IMG/VR virus record: IMGVR_UViG_3300005607_000002
Span: 1-62,360 of that record
Source: a virus
Taxonomy: Duplodnaviria; Caudoviricetes
DNA: 62,360 nucleotides
Direction: 5' to 3' (one strand)
Shown here one piece after another: positions 9,450 to 18,571 of the stretch. How positions within the stretch are numbered: the first letter of the stretch is position 1; each line of letters begins with the position of its first letter. Below the pieces are notes generated by a model, which saw only the letters and a list, made by a program, of their open reading frames with translations, had not been told where the DNA came from and made no database searches. A program made the translations under genes and the position numbers.

Positions 9450-9828
9450 CGAAGCCCAGGTGGCGGAACACCTGGGTTTTGCGGACGATGCCGAACGGAT
9501 GTTCGGCATCGCGCACGATCTCTTCCACGCTCTCGCGTTTCGAGAAGGCGTAGCGGGGCTCGATGCCCCGGAGCCGCAGGGCGCATTCCAGCGCGCCCAT
9601 GAGAAACGGCGCGCCGCCGATCATGGCCAGGGCGGGAACGGGATAACCCGCGCTCGCCGTGGCGAGATCGGTGATTGCTTTGGCCCGCGCCGCGATTTCG
9701 CGCGGCGCGGGGAGATCCTCAAAGGTGAGGAGCTCCCGCAGGCGAGCGAGATGCTCGCCTTCGAGGTCGTACACGCCGGCAGCGATTTGCTCCGGCCTCG
9801 CCTCATGCTGGGTGAGATTGATAATCAT
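9436..9828 (-). CDS. Csx20-like small protein, candidate cyclic-oligoadenylate ring nuclease
   Basis: AAGAGGG RBS; NLTQH-x4-EQ, MIGG, PRYAFSKRESVEE, RKTQVFRHLGF resemble remembered Csx20 motifs. Confidence 0.55.
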   Translation of the reverse strand: MIINLTQHEARPEQIAAGVYDLEGEHLARLRELLTFEDLPAPREIAARAKAITDLATASAGYPVPALAMIGGAPFLMGALECALRLRGIEPRYAFSKRESVEEIVRDAEHPFGIVRKTQVFRHLGFVTPP

Positions 9829-9841
9829 GCTTACCCTCTTC

Positions 9842-9879
9842 AAAAAAAAGGACGCGCGGCGGCCACGCCGGCGCGTCCC
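9842..9879 (-). terminator. Intrinsic terminator directly upstream of the Csx20-like RBS
   Basis: Minus strand GGACGCGC...GCGCGTCC then T8. Confidence 0.75.
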
Positions 9880-10190
9880 CATTTTCCCCCGCAGGGCAGG
9901 CCGTAGCCTGTGCCGGTCCCGTCCCGTTCCGGGTGTTACCTCGGGCCGCGGCTTAAGCCGCGGAAGGCCGCTCCCTTATCATCCCGGCCGCGCTATCCGG
10001 CATTTCGCCGGCCGGTCCCCGCGGATCGGCGCATACTGGCAGGCCGCGGGAGTTCCTCCAGATGATTTCTCGGCGCGCGGGTCGCTGGAGGCCGAAGGCC
10101 CGCGTCTGCTGCCCAGTCAGCGCCCGACAATCAGGTCAGTGGCCGGGAGCGTCCGCTGCCACGGACGCCAGATTGTCTCGCTAACGGAAT
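9842..10190 (-). ncRNA. Candidate structured non-coding RNA or leader (~350 nt)
   Basis: No convincing ORF; multiple hairpins (GGCC-TTC-GGCC, CCGGC-GAAAT-GCCGG, CCGCGGCTTAAGCCGCGG, GACAATC/GATTGTC enclosing GCGTCCG/CGGACGC); ends at terminator. Confidence 0.4.
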
Positions 10191-10267
10191 GGTTATCGCA
10201 CGCTGCGCCCGCTGATGCAGAGCCCGCAAGCTTGCGGCGGAATGAAAGACTCTAGACGTCGGAAAAT

Positions 10268-10561
10268 ATGCAGACCTTCCTCAACTTCTGGCCGGTACTG
10301 GTGTTCATCCTCGGCCTCTGGTTCGGCGGCCTCGGCCTCGCTGTCGGTCTGACGATGTGGATCATGGGCCAGCTCGCGCGTCAGGACGGCAGCCGCATCG
10401 AGCTCAAGGAAATTCTGCTCAAGGAAATCAGGGCTACGAGCGACGGACTGCGCAGCCACATGGACCGCCAGCACGATCAGATGTGGTCGAAGATCAACGA
10501 TCTCGGCAACCGTCTGACGCGGGTCGAGACTAAGCTGAAGGTCAACGAGCATATCTCCTGA
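10268..10561 (+). CDS. Small membrane-anchored coiled-coil protein
   Basis: N-terminal hydrophobic helix, C-terminal RLTRVETKL coiled coil. Confidence 0.65.
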   Translation: MQTFLNFWPVLVFILGLWFGGLGLAVGLTMWIMGQLARQDGSRIELKEILLKEIRATSDGLRSHMDRQHDQMWSKINDLGNRLTRVETKLKVNEHIS

Positions 10562-10640
10562 TGGAACGCCGCGCCTCCGCAAGTGCGTCAGCGCATGGCG
10601 CACGCATGCGTGCGCAGGTCACCGCGCCGGCACGGCGGCT

Positions 10641-10918
10641 ACTGCACCGGTTACTGCACCGGTTTTTGTCGCGCTCCACCGGTTTTCAGGGGTTTTTTTC
10701 CTGTTTTTTGTTGAATTTCCACGGCCGCGCCGAAGGCGATTGATGGCGTTATGTGATTGATTTGTATAATTATTTTTTAGTTTTCCAATGAGGTTTAAGA
10801 CGCCATAATTGCAATTGGCCCCAGGGTGGCGCACTGGGGGCGGTATCTTGAATTAGATCGAGAAATCAATCTGTTGTGCCCGTAAGATTGTCCGGCTGCA
10901 CCGGCTGCTGCACCGGTT
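10641..10918. other. Putative attP region with integrase arm-type repeats
   Basis: (A/G)CTGCACCGG(T/C)T at 10641, 10653, 10895, 10907 and a variant at 10673 flank an AT-rich core at the integrase 3' end. Confidence 0.7.
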
Positions 10919-12062
10919 TTTGCGCCTGCCGGCGCATCTCGCGCGCGCGGCGCTCCTGGGCGAGGCGCTCGATCGCGGCGGCGCGCTCGCCGTCGGCGAC
11001 ATCGGCGTAGGCCCTCAGCGTGGTCTTGATGTCCTCGTGGTCAAGCGCAAGCTGAACGATCTTCATGCCTTGCGCGGTGGGCACGGAGCGCAGGAGCTTG
11101 GTCGCAAAATCGCTGCGCAGGTCATGCCAGCGGAACCGGCTGACGCCGGTGAGGCCGGCCGCGGCGCGCACCGCATTCCATGCCCCGCGCAGCCCCTCGC
11201 GCGTCCACGGATAGCGCTCGCCCCTGACGATGCCGAGCCGCCGCACCGTATAGCGCGCCTCGAAGGTGAAGACGCGCGCCGGATGATGGCCGCGCAGCGG
11301 CCACAGGATGGCGCGGATGCTGGGCGTGATCGCGACGGCGATATCCTTGCCGCCGGCGCGGCCCTTGCCGGTCATCCGGATGACGCCGTCCTCCCAGTTC
11401 ACCTGCCGCCACTCGAGCGTATAGCAGTTGGTCTTGCGCTTGCCGCAGGTGCGGGCAAATTCGATCAGGGGCCAGAGGTCCGGGCGCAGCTCGGATATTG
11501 CCGCCGCCAGACGGCGCTCTTCGTCGGCCGTAAGCTCGCGCGGCTTGCGCTTCGGCTCGTCGAGCCAGAGCCTCCTCCACTCCGGCTCATGAGGAAAATG
11601 CCGTACGGCCGGCCGCAGATAGGTGAACAGCTTCTTGAGCTGCTCGGTCGTATCGTTGACCGCATAGGCCGAGACCGGGCGCGCCTTCTCGCCCTTGCCG
11701 ACGAGGTGGGCGCGCCGCCAGCGGATGAGGCCGAGCGCGTCGTCATGGGTGATGTCGGTGATAAGCTTCGCCGGCCCGAAATAGGTGATGAGCAGATTGA
11801 TCAGGCGCCGCGTGTTGTCGGCCCCGACGTGATGGTCGCCGACGTCGATCATGTAGCGGGCCGCCACCGCATCGAGCGTCAGCGCGACGCCGGCGTCCGC
11901 CTGCGCCTGCCGCTCGCTCTTTAATCTCTTTTCGATTTCGGCGGCGGCGATTTCCGCCTCGCGGCGGCTCGTTCGGCCTGTTGAGCGAGAAAGCTGACGA
12001 CCGTCGATCCAGACGTTGGTGTAGTAGAATTTCGATTGGCGCTTTTTGTAGACGGTGGGCAC
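10866..12062 (-). CDS. int: Tyrosine recombinase / phage integrase
   Basis: Arm-binding N-terminus (RSTGRTSRREAE), CGKR, WHDLRSDFAT, LDHEDIKTTLRAY catalytic motifs. Confidence 0.93.
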   Translation of the reverse strand: MPTVYKKRQSKFYYTNVWIDGRQLSRSTGRTSRREAEIAAAEIEKRLKSERQAQADAGVALTLDAVAARYMIDVGDHHVGADNTRRLINLLITYFGPAKLITDITHDDALGLIRWRRAHLVGKGEKARPVSAYAVNDTTEQLKKLFTYLRPAVRHFPHEPEWRRLWLDEPKRKPRELTADEERRLAAAISELRPDLWPLIEFARTCGKRKTNCYTLEWRQVNWEDGVIRMTGKGRAGGKDIAVAITPSIRAILWPLRGHHPARVFTFEARYTVRRLGIVRGERYPWTREGLRGAWNAVRAAAGLTGVSRFRWHDLRSDFATKLLRSVPTAQGMKIVQLALDHEDIKTTLRAYADVADGERAAAIERLAQERRAREMRRQAQKPVQQPVQPDNLTGTTD

Positions 12063-12298
12063 GGCGCAAGCCTCCGCTTCCTGGCCTTGATGAAGGCCTC
12101 AATGTCGGCGCGGTCGAACGCCTTGCGCGGCCGCTTCTTGCTGCGGCCGATGACGACATAGGTGAGCTCGCCGTCTCGGACATAGCCGTGCAGCGTCTCC
12201 AGCGAGACGCCGAGAGCCTCGGCGGCCTGCCGCGGCGTGAGAAGCCCGGCGGCGGCGCCGAACCGCGCGGCCGGACGGCACGGAAAGAGTCTGCTCAT
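11921..12298 (-). CDS. xis: Excisionase-like HTH protein overlapping the integrase start
   Basis: LLTPRQAAEALGVSLETLHGYVRDGEL...FDRADIEAFI. Confidence 0.8.
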   Translation of the reverse strand: MSRLFPCRPAARFGAAAGLLTPRQAAEALGVSLETLHGYVRDGELTYVVIGRSKKRPRKAFDRADIEAFIKARKRRLAPCPPSTKSANRNSTTPTSGSTVVSFLAQQAERAAARRKSPPPKSKRD

Positions 12299-12757
12299 CA
12301 GCCGGCGTTCATTCGCAAGTGCCGCGCCCGGACGGCGGATGGGGACATGCCATCCGGGCGCGGCGCCGCGCTTTTCTGAGGCGAGGGGGAAAAGCGCGGC
12401 ATCCGGAGAAAGTTGCGGAAGGAAAGCCCCGCCCCGGGCGGCCGAGGGGCAGCCGCCGGGGCGGGACGCCGCGTCCTCCGGGAGGGTCGGTGGACAGACG
12501 CGGCCAGAGATCCCGCCCCGGACGATGGTCCAGGATATCGCCGGGGCGGGGCAGCCGCCGCACCCTTCAGGGCTGAGGGTCCCGGATGCGGCAAGCGGCG
12601 AATGGGTTTCATGGCGCGCCTCTGCGGCGCGAGAGAGCGGGCCTGAGCACGGCCGCGATGTGCCGCCGCAGCGCAGGGGCGGCCCCGGCCGCGGCGACGA
12701 AAATGAGCGCGGCGGCGAGCGCCGCAAGCGCGAGGCGCACCGCTGCGAAGCGGCCGG

Positions 12758-13060
12758 TCATGTCGTCATCCCGGAGATCGGCCGGCCCGCGACTTTCGCC
12801 TGCGTCGCCAGGCCGCAAAATCCGGCGTCGGTTTTGCGCGTCATCTGATAAAGCGGACCAAAATGTCCGGTTTTGCCGCCGCGGATTTGCCAGCCCTCTG
12901 CTTTGCGTCTTTCCACGTCGACCTCGGCCACGTTTACGATTTCATCGAAATGCCAGGTCCACACGGCGCAGCGCGAGGCCATGCAGCATCGTTCCGCTCC
13001 GAGGCCGCGGCCGAGCGTCATCGGGCAGATTTTTTTCCGCGCCTGTTCTTCCGTGTGCAT
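12758..13060 (-). CDS. Cys-rich hypothetical phage protein
   Basis: MHTEEQARKKICP...CMASRCAVW...GFCGLA. Confidence 0.6.
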   Translation of the reverse strand: MHTEEQARKKICPMTLGRGLGAERCCMASRCAVWTWHFDEIVNVAEVDVERRKAEGWQIRGGKTGHFGPLYQMTRKTDAGFCGLATQAKVAGRPISGMTT

Positions 13061-13084
13061 CGTCGCCGGCCCTCAGGATGAAGA

Positions 13085-13300
13085 ATGAGAGGCGCGCGAG
13101 ACCTCCGGCAGAGGCCCGGCGTTGTTGTTGACGAGAACGACCGCGCCTTCCACGGCCGGCTGCCAGCCCCGCGGGGTATGGTAGGACACGTCGCATTTCA
13201 CGGCGTCGATTCCCGCCGGAACGCCTTCCTCGGCCATGCGGGCCAGCGCATGGCCGAGGCTTTGATTGATGGCGGCCGTGAGCCTGTCATCCAGCGTCAT
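13085..13300 (-). CDS. Hypothetical protein
   Basis: AGGAGG RBS before MTLDDRLTAAINQ. Confidence 0.5.
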
Positions 13301-13668
13301 GCTTTGCCTCCTGCGTGCGGTGAGGAGGCCGGCCCTCCTGACCTGGTGGGCCGCGCGCCTGACTGCGCGTTCGGCTCTGTCGAGCAGCTCGTGAGTGCGG
13401 CCGAGCTGCCAGTAGAAATAGACGGCGGCGGCCCAGCCGGCCCAGCCGACGAGCGCGACGCCGGCGTTGGCGATGAGTTCAATCGCCGGCACGTTCCGGT
13501 TCCTCGACGATGAGGGTTCCGGCGGCGGCGGCGGCAATGATTTCGGCGCCGCGCGACACCGGCGCGGCATCGGACTTGCGGCGGAAGATCGCGGCGAGCT
13601 GGTCAAGCCGCGCCGCGAGAGCGCGGAGCTCCTTGCGGGTGGCAACGATGCGCGACGGCGCCAGCATT

Positions 13669-13915
13669 TCAGCGCTCCATCGGCACAGGAGCGCGCCTGC
13701 AGGCGGCGAGCCGTTCCAGCGCCGCCAGCGCTTCGGCCGCGTCGGCGAGCTTGGTGCGGGCGTCGGCCCGCTGGATCGCATTGGGCAGGTTATCGTTGCC
13801 GAGCGCCTGCAGATGGCCGGCGAGCTTCATCAGCGTCGCGCCGGCGATCTCGAGGTCGATGGAGATGCGCGCCCACTGGGGGACGGGCGGTGCTGACGTG
13901 CTGTTTTCGCCCATG
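13669..13915 (-). CDS. Hypothetical early protein
   Basis: MGENSTSAPP...; first gene downstream of the left operators. Confidence 0.5.
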
Positions 13916-13950
13916 AGGTTTCTCGCCCTCTTCGATGCGAGCGGGATCGT

Positions 13951-13998
13951 AAGACACAATTTGTGTCTTTGCAAGCGAAAAGACACAGAACGTGTCTT
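13951..13998. promoter_or_regulatory. Tandem repressor operators (left)
   Basis: AAGACACAATTTGTGTCTT (13951-13969) and AAGACACAGAACGTGTCTT (13980-13998). Confidence 0.85.
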
Positions 13999-14126
13999 AA
14001 CTATAATTGACACAATTCCGACAGATCTGCGAAATCCAATTTGCGCCAAATACCCGCCATGATAGAAACAAGCATAGATGCGGTGATCATCGGAACGAGG
14101 CCTCCGAGTAAAAAGCGGGGAGCAGG

Positions 14127-14396
14127 ATGAATACGACAAAAAAAGAAGCGCCGGAAAAAGAAACGGCGTCATTCGAAGGCGAAGTTATTGGCAAGACGGA
14201 ACTAACATTTGCGGAGACGGAACGGCTTTTACCTCCCGCTGTAGAATTCATCTCGCAGGCCGGGTGGGACCAGGTGCCGAAAATGCTTGCAGTAGCTCTC
14301 GCAGTACATCAAGTAGTCGACGAACAAGCCGAGCGGGTGCATCAGCTTGCCCGCGCTCTTCTTGAGCGCAAGCAGCAAAAACGGCCAACGGAATAA
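14127..14396 (+). CDS. Hypothetical protein in the immunity region
   Basis: GGGGAG RBS, 89 aa, convergent with the repressor. Confidence 0.55.
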   Translation: MNTTKKEAPEKETASFEGEVIGKTELTFAETERLLPPAVEFISQAGWDQVPKMLAVALAVHQVVDEQAERVHQLARALLERKQQKRPTE

Positions 14397-14398
14397 AT

Positions 14399-14797
14399 CT
14401 ATTTGGATGGCCCCGAATTCGGGGGCTTTTGGGGCCTTCCGCGTTCTCGCCACCAGCCCAGTTCTTGCGCGCGCTTGAGCTGTTCCGATTGCGGCAGGGC
14501 TTCGAATTCTTCGATGGCGTCGCGGATATCGCTGCGCAGCACCGAGCGCTCGCCCTCTGTCAGCCATATCGAGAGAACATTGAGCTCGCGGCTTATTTTA
14601 CGGAGGGCCCCGTCGGGCGTCGTAATTTCCCGGCCATGGAAAAAACGCGTGGCATCCTGATAGCTATTGAGGCGGCTCTTTTTTAGCCCGGTCTTTTCGA
14701 TCATTCTCGCCTTGCTGATGCCGCGCGCGCAGCAGGTAATGACGAGCCGTTCGGCGAATTCTAGGAATTCTTCTTTAGGTTGGTCTTTCGACATCAT
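14399..14797 (-). CDS. CI-like XRE-family HTH repressor
   Basis: FAERL...GISKARMIEKTGLKKSRLNSY...LRKISRELNVLSIWLTEGE; divergent from the Cro-like gene; no peptidase domain seen. Confidence 0.7.
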   Translation of the reverse strand: MMSKDQPKEEFLEFAERLVITCCARGISKARMIEKTGLKKSRLNSYQDATRFFHGREITTPDGALRKISRELNVLSIWLTEGERSVLRSDIRDAIEEFEALPQSEQLKRAQELGWWRERGRPQKPPNSGPSK

Positions 14798-14842
14798 TGG
14801 TCGCAATTCTCCCCAGGAATATGAAGGGTGGCATGTTGAAAA

Positions 14843-14861
14843 AAGACACAGACTGTGTCTT
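14843..14861. promoter_or_regulatory. Repressor operator (right)
   Basis: AAGACACAGACTGTGTCTT, same palindrome as at 13951 and 13980. Confidence 0.85.
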
Positions 14862-14872
14862 TTGTTGCCAGC

Positions 14873-15109
14873 ATGAGTCGTCAACTCGCCATCGTTCGCA
14901 CCGTCAAACAGGCTGTCCTTCTACTTGGCGGCCCGGCGCTTGCTGCGCGGCGCTTCGGCCGTACCCGCCAAGCCGCTCAGAACTGGATAGATAGAGGTGC
15001 TATTCCTGCCGTTCTGCGCCCCGAAATAGACGCCGCATTGGAGAAAGAGGGCTACGTAGCGGCGCCCTCTATATATAGGAGGGACAAGCGTCCGCCCCCG
15101 GGCGGATGA
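14873..15109 (+). CDS. Cro-like HTH protein
   Basis: LGGPALAARRFGRTRQAAQNWIDRGAIP. Confidence 0.8.
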   Translation: MSRQLAIVRTVKQAVLLLGGPALAARRFGRTRQAAQNWIDRGAIPAVLRPEIDAALEKEGYVAAPSIYRRDKRPPPGG

Positions 15110-15197
15110 AAATATCCCATTCCTTGCACCTGAGTCCAATTCGTTTCGCGCGTGCCTCGGCAGCTGCCCTGCAGCCGCCGCACAGGAGAATTTTGCG

Positions 15198-15514
15198 TGA
15201 CGCGTCCCGATTCCAAAATCCTCGAGGAGCTGATCGCCGTCGGCCGCGACATCCTGCGCACGCCGGCGAGCGCCTTCGGCCACCGCGGCCGCATCATGCG
15301 GCTGCGCGGCGAGGTTGACGCCGCGGTGCGCCGGCCGGCCCCGGACGGCCGCGTCATCGACGATCTTGCCGCGATCACGGTCACGGCGCTCGGTCATATT
15401 TGCTTCGAGCCGGCCGCACGCTGGGAGCAGCTCGCCGCCTTCCTCCTGCCCTGCCTGGAAGAGGATTACCGCCGCGCGCTGGAGCGCGAGCTGAGGGCGG
15501 CCCATGAACCATGA
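15198..15514 (+). CDS. Hypothetical protein
   Basis: AGGAG RBS before GTG ACG CGT; start approximate. Confidence 0.45.
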
Positions 15515-15785
15515 AGAAAGCTGCAAGCCGGTCGAGATCGGGCGTCTGATGATGCGCGCCGAAGGCAAGATGTGGAACGCATACTATTCGCCGACGGGAG
15601 CGGCGGATGATGCGGTCCTGCTTGCCTCGATCGCAACGCGGATAGTCGCCGACCAAGTGCGCAAGGCCGCGTTTCAATGGATCGTGACCGATTTCGTTGC
15701 GCAATTCATCAAGGAAATAATCGGCAAAGAACCGGCGATGGAAATGCGCGCAGCGCCAGCGCACGAAAAGGCAGGCAGCGCATGA
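15504..15785 (+). CDS. Hypothetical protein
   Basis: IGRLMMRAEGKMWNAYY; coupled to ssb. Confidence 0.6.
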   Translation: MNHEESCKPVEIGRLMMRAEGKMWNAYYSPTGAADDAVLLASIATRIVADQVRKAAFQWIVTDFVAQFIKEIIGKEPAMEMRAAPAHEKAGSA

Positions 15786-16210
15786 GCGGCGTCAACAAGG
15801 CGATCATCGTCGGCTTCCTCGGCGGCGATCCGAAGATCCGCACCGTGCCCGGCGGCGCGAAGGTGGCCGAACTTTCGGTCGCCACTGCGGAAACCTGGCG
15901 CGACAAGGCGACCGGAGAGAAGAAGCAGGCGACCGAATGGCACCGCGTGGTGATCTTCAACGAGGGCCTCGTCAAGGTGGCGGAGCAGTACGCGCGCAAG
16001 GGCGCGCGGCTCTATGTCTGCGGCCAGATGAAAACGCGCAAATGGACCGATCGCGCCGGCGTCGAACGCTTTACGACGGAGATCGTGCTCGGCGCATTCG
16101 GCGCGGAGCTGCAGCTGCTTGACCGCCGCGAGGCGGCGCCGGCCGCCGCGAGCGAAGAAGAATACGGCGGCGGCGCGCCCGCTGACCCCAACGACGAAAT
16201 TCCGTTCTGA
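15782..16210 (+). CDS. ssb: Single-stranded DNA-binding protein
   Basis: MSGVNKAIIVGFLGGDP...TEWHRVVIF...C-terminal DEIPF. Confidence 0.95.
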   Translation: MSGVNKAIIVGFLGGDPKIRTVPGGAKVAELSVATAETWRDKATGEKKQATEWHRVVIFNEGLVKVAEQYARKGARLYVCGQMKTRKWTDRAGVERFTTEIVLGAFGAELQLLDRREAAPAAASEEEYGGGAPADPNDEIPF

Positions 16211-16230
16211 GCCGCAAACCTGAGCCAGCC

Positions 16231-16644
16231 ATGCCCTTTGAAATTTGCGAGACCGTCGCGGGAAAGCTCAAAGAGGTGAAGGCCTCGATCAGCTACACGC
16301 GGTACCCTATCCGGGAGGGGCGAAGGCGGCGCAAGCCGGAGAGCGAATATCTGCCCCGGCTCGTCATCGGCATTCCGAAGGCGGCGGTGACGGCGGCCAA
16401 AAAGGCCGCGTCTCAGGCCTATGTGCTGCAGATCGGCGCCGGCGCCGATGCCGGCAAGGCCCGCCTCCTGCCCTGCGACAAGGGTCAGGTAAGGCCGCGC
16501 GAGCTCAAGGGCGGCCTTGCGTTCCGCTTCGGCTATGTGCCGCTGCTCGGCAACGCCATCGCCGACCGTGAATATGTCGATGTGAAGGCGCTGCCGGGCG
16601 GCGGCTTCGAGATCGCGCTGCCGGCGTGGTTCAGAGCGGATTAA
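16231..16644 (+). CDS. Hypothetical protein
   Basis: ORF in operon context. Confidence 0.55.
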   Translation: MPFEICETVAGKLKEVKASISYTRYPIREGRRRRKPESEYLPRLVIGIPKAAVTAAKKAASQAYVLQIGAGADAGKARLLPCDKGQVRPRELKGGLAFRFGYVPLLGNAIADREYVDVKALPGGGFEIALPAWFRAD

Positions 16645-16647
16645 GCC

Positions 16648-16890
16648 ATGGCCGCGGGCTCCGGCGTCATCGATCTCGAAATGGCGCTCCACTGCAAGAC
16701 GCGCGCCGCCGTGCGCGTCTCCGGCGACGGCGATGACAGGCGCGCCGTCTGGCTGCCGGCGTCGCTGATCGAGATCGCAGAAACCGGTCGCCTGATCACA
16801 GGCATCGAAAGCAGCGGGCAGACGGTGAAGCTGCCGCTGGTGACGGTGACGCTGCCGCAATGGCTTGCGGCCGACAAGGGGCTGATATAA
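16648..16890 (+). CDS. Hypothetical phage protein
   Basis: AVWLPASLIE...VTLPQWLAADKGLI pattern common in alphaproteobacterial phages. Confidence 0.65.
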   Translation: MAAGSGVIDLEMALHCKTRAAVRVSGDGDDRRAVWLPASLIEIAETGRLITGIESSGQTVKLPLVTVTLPQWLAADKGLI

Positions 16891-18260
16891 TGGGCCGGCG
16901 CAGCAAGCCGCCGCCGCGCCGCACGGCCGCGAAGATCAGGCGCATGCTGGAGGCCGGCGCCGGCGACGGCAAGATCGCGCGTGCGCTCAACGTGACGCGC
17001 CATGCGGTGCGCAAGATCGCAGCCGAGCGCGCCGCGGAGCTTGCGGCGCAAGCCGCGCGGCGGCGGCCGGATATGACGCTGCCGCTGGACTGCATCCATA
17101 TCGGCGACCGCATCCGCAAGGATTACGGCGACATCGCCTCGCTGGCGCGCTCGATCGACGCCAATGGGCTGCTCCACCCCGTCGTCGTGCGCGTGCGCGG
17201 CCCTCATCCCGACCGCAGCGTTGCGATGGGCGGCGGTTACGAGCTGGTCGCCGGCGAACGGCGGATGCGGGCGTGGCGGCAATCCCGGCGTTGCAACGAG
17301 CCGATTCCGGTGCGCGTCGTCGATCTCGCCTCGATCCGGCGCGGCGAATTTGCCGAGAATCACGAGCGCAAGAATTTCACGCCGTCGGAGCTGGTCGAGA
17401 TCAAGCGCCAGCTTGAAATCGAGTTCGATCTCAAGGGCGCGGCGGCGCAGCGTCGGCGCGCCGGCAAGAAGGCGGCGCCGGGCGAGGCCGGCCGCGCGCT
17501 GGATACGGTGGCCGCCTATGCCGGCCGCAGCGGCCGCACCATCGAGAAGGCCGAGCTGGTCGTTGCGGCGGCCGAGCGCGATCCGGAGCGCTTCGGGCCG
17601 ATCCAGGAGCAGATGGACAGATCCGGCAAGGTGGACGGGCCGGCGCGGCGGGTGCGCAACATGCTGGCGGCGGACGCCATCAAGGCCGAACCGCCGCCGC
17701 TGCCGATGCAGGGGCCTTACCGCACGATCGTCATCGACCCGCCGTGGCCGGCCGATCTTGACGGCGGCCGCGCCGTCGAAGGGCGCGGCTATTACCCTTA
17801 CGCGACGATGACGATCGAGGAGATCGCGGCGCTCGACGTGGCCTCGATCGCGCATCCGGACGGCTGCGCGCTGTGGCTTTGGATCACCAATTTCCACCTT
17901 GTGCGCGGCTGCCAGCTGCCGCTGCTCAAGGCCTGGGGATTTAATGCTTCGACGCTGCTGACCTGGTGCAAGCCTCAATTCGGCCACGGCCAGCGCCTGC
18001 GCGGCGCCACGGAACATGCGATTCTTGCGGTGCGCGGCGAGGTGCCGTGCCTCGCCGGCGAGCAGAGGACCTGGTTCGCCGACGAGCGGGGCAGAAAGCG
18101 CGAGCATTCCGGCAAGCCGGGCGAATTCTTCGATATCGTCCGCGAGGTCACTCCCGCGCCGCGCTATGCCTATCTCTTCGCCGGCCGCACTTTGCCGGCG
18201 GACTGGGACGGCCATGGCGACCGCTTCGGCGCGCCGGCCCAGGCGGAGGCCGCCGAATGA
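16890..18260 (+). CDS. ParB-like N-terminal domain fused to MT-A70-family adenine methyltransferase
   Basis: LARSIDANGLLHPVVV, LVAGERRMRA, ENHERKNFT; then TIVIDPPW, YATMTIEEI, LWLWITN, HSGKP. Confidence 0.88.
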   Translation: MGRRSKPPPRRTAAKIRRMLEAGAGDGKIARALNVTRHAVRKIAAERAAELAAQAARRRPDMTLPLDCIHIGDRIRKDYGDIASLARSIDANGLLHPVVVRVRGPHPDRSVAMGGGYELVAGERRMRAWRQSRRCNEPIPVRVVDLASIRRGEFAENHERKNFTPSELVEIKRQLEIEFDLKGAAAQRRRAGKKAAPGEAGRALDTVAAYAGRSGRTIEKAELVVAAAERDPERFGPIQEQMDRSGKVDGPARRVRNMLAADAIKAEPPPLPMQGPYRTIVIDPPWPADLDGGRAVEGRGYYPYATMTIEEIAALDVASIAHPDGCALWLWITNFHLVRGCQLPLLKAWGFNASTLLTWCKPQFGHGQRLRGATEHAILAVRGEVPCLAGEQRTWFADERGRKREHSGKPGEFFDIVREVTPAPRYAYLFAGRTLPADWDGHGDRFGAPAQAEAAE

Positions 18261-18571
18261 GCGCGCAGAGAGAAATCCTTCCGCCGCGGCGCTTCCACGG
18301 CTCGTTCCGCTTCGAGATCGAGCGCATCGTCTATGCGGCCGGAGTCGGCCGCATGCCGGACGGCCGCGCCGCCGAAATCTGGCTCGATGCAGGAAAGGTC
18401 GGCACCTCGCTCGCGGCGCTCGCCAATGACGCCGCCATCATGGCGAGCCTCCTTTTGCAATACGGCTGTCCGCTGGAGACGATCCGGCGCGCCCTCACTC
18501 GCAATCCCGACGGCGTCGCGGCGGGGCCGGTGGGCCGCGTGCTCGATGAAATCGCGGAGGGGCGCATATGA
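18257..18571 (+). CDS. TSCPD-like small protein (resembles class II ribonucleotide reductase C-terminal domain)
   Basis: DGRAAEIWLDAGKVG...DAAIMASLLLQYGCPLETI. Confidence 0.65.
   Translation: MSAQREILPPRRFHGSFRFEIERIVYAAGVGRMPDGRAAEIWLDAGKVGTSLAALANDAAIMASLLLQYGCPLETIRRALTRNPDGVAAGPVGRVLDEIAEGRI

Noticed and set aside
10790-10860. tRNA fragment as att core
   Set aside because: No convincing T-arm or acceptor-stem pattern; no tRNA gene recognised anywhere in the window
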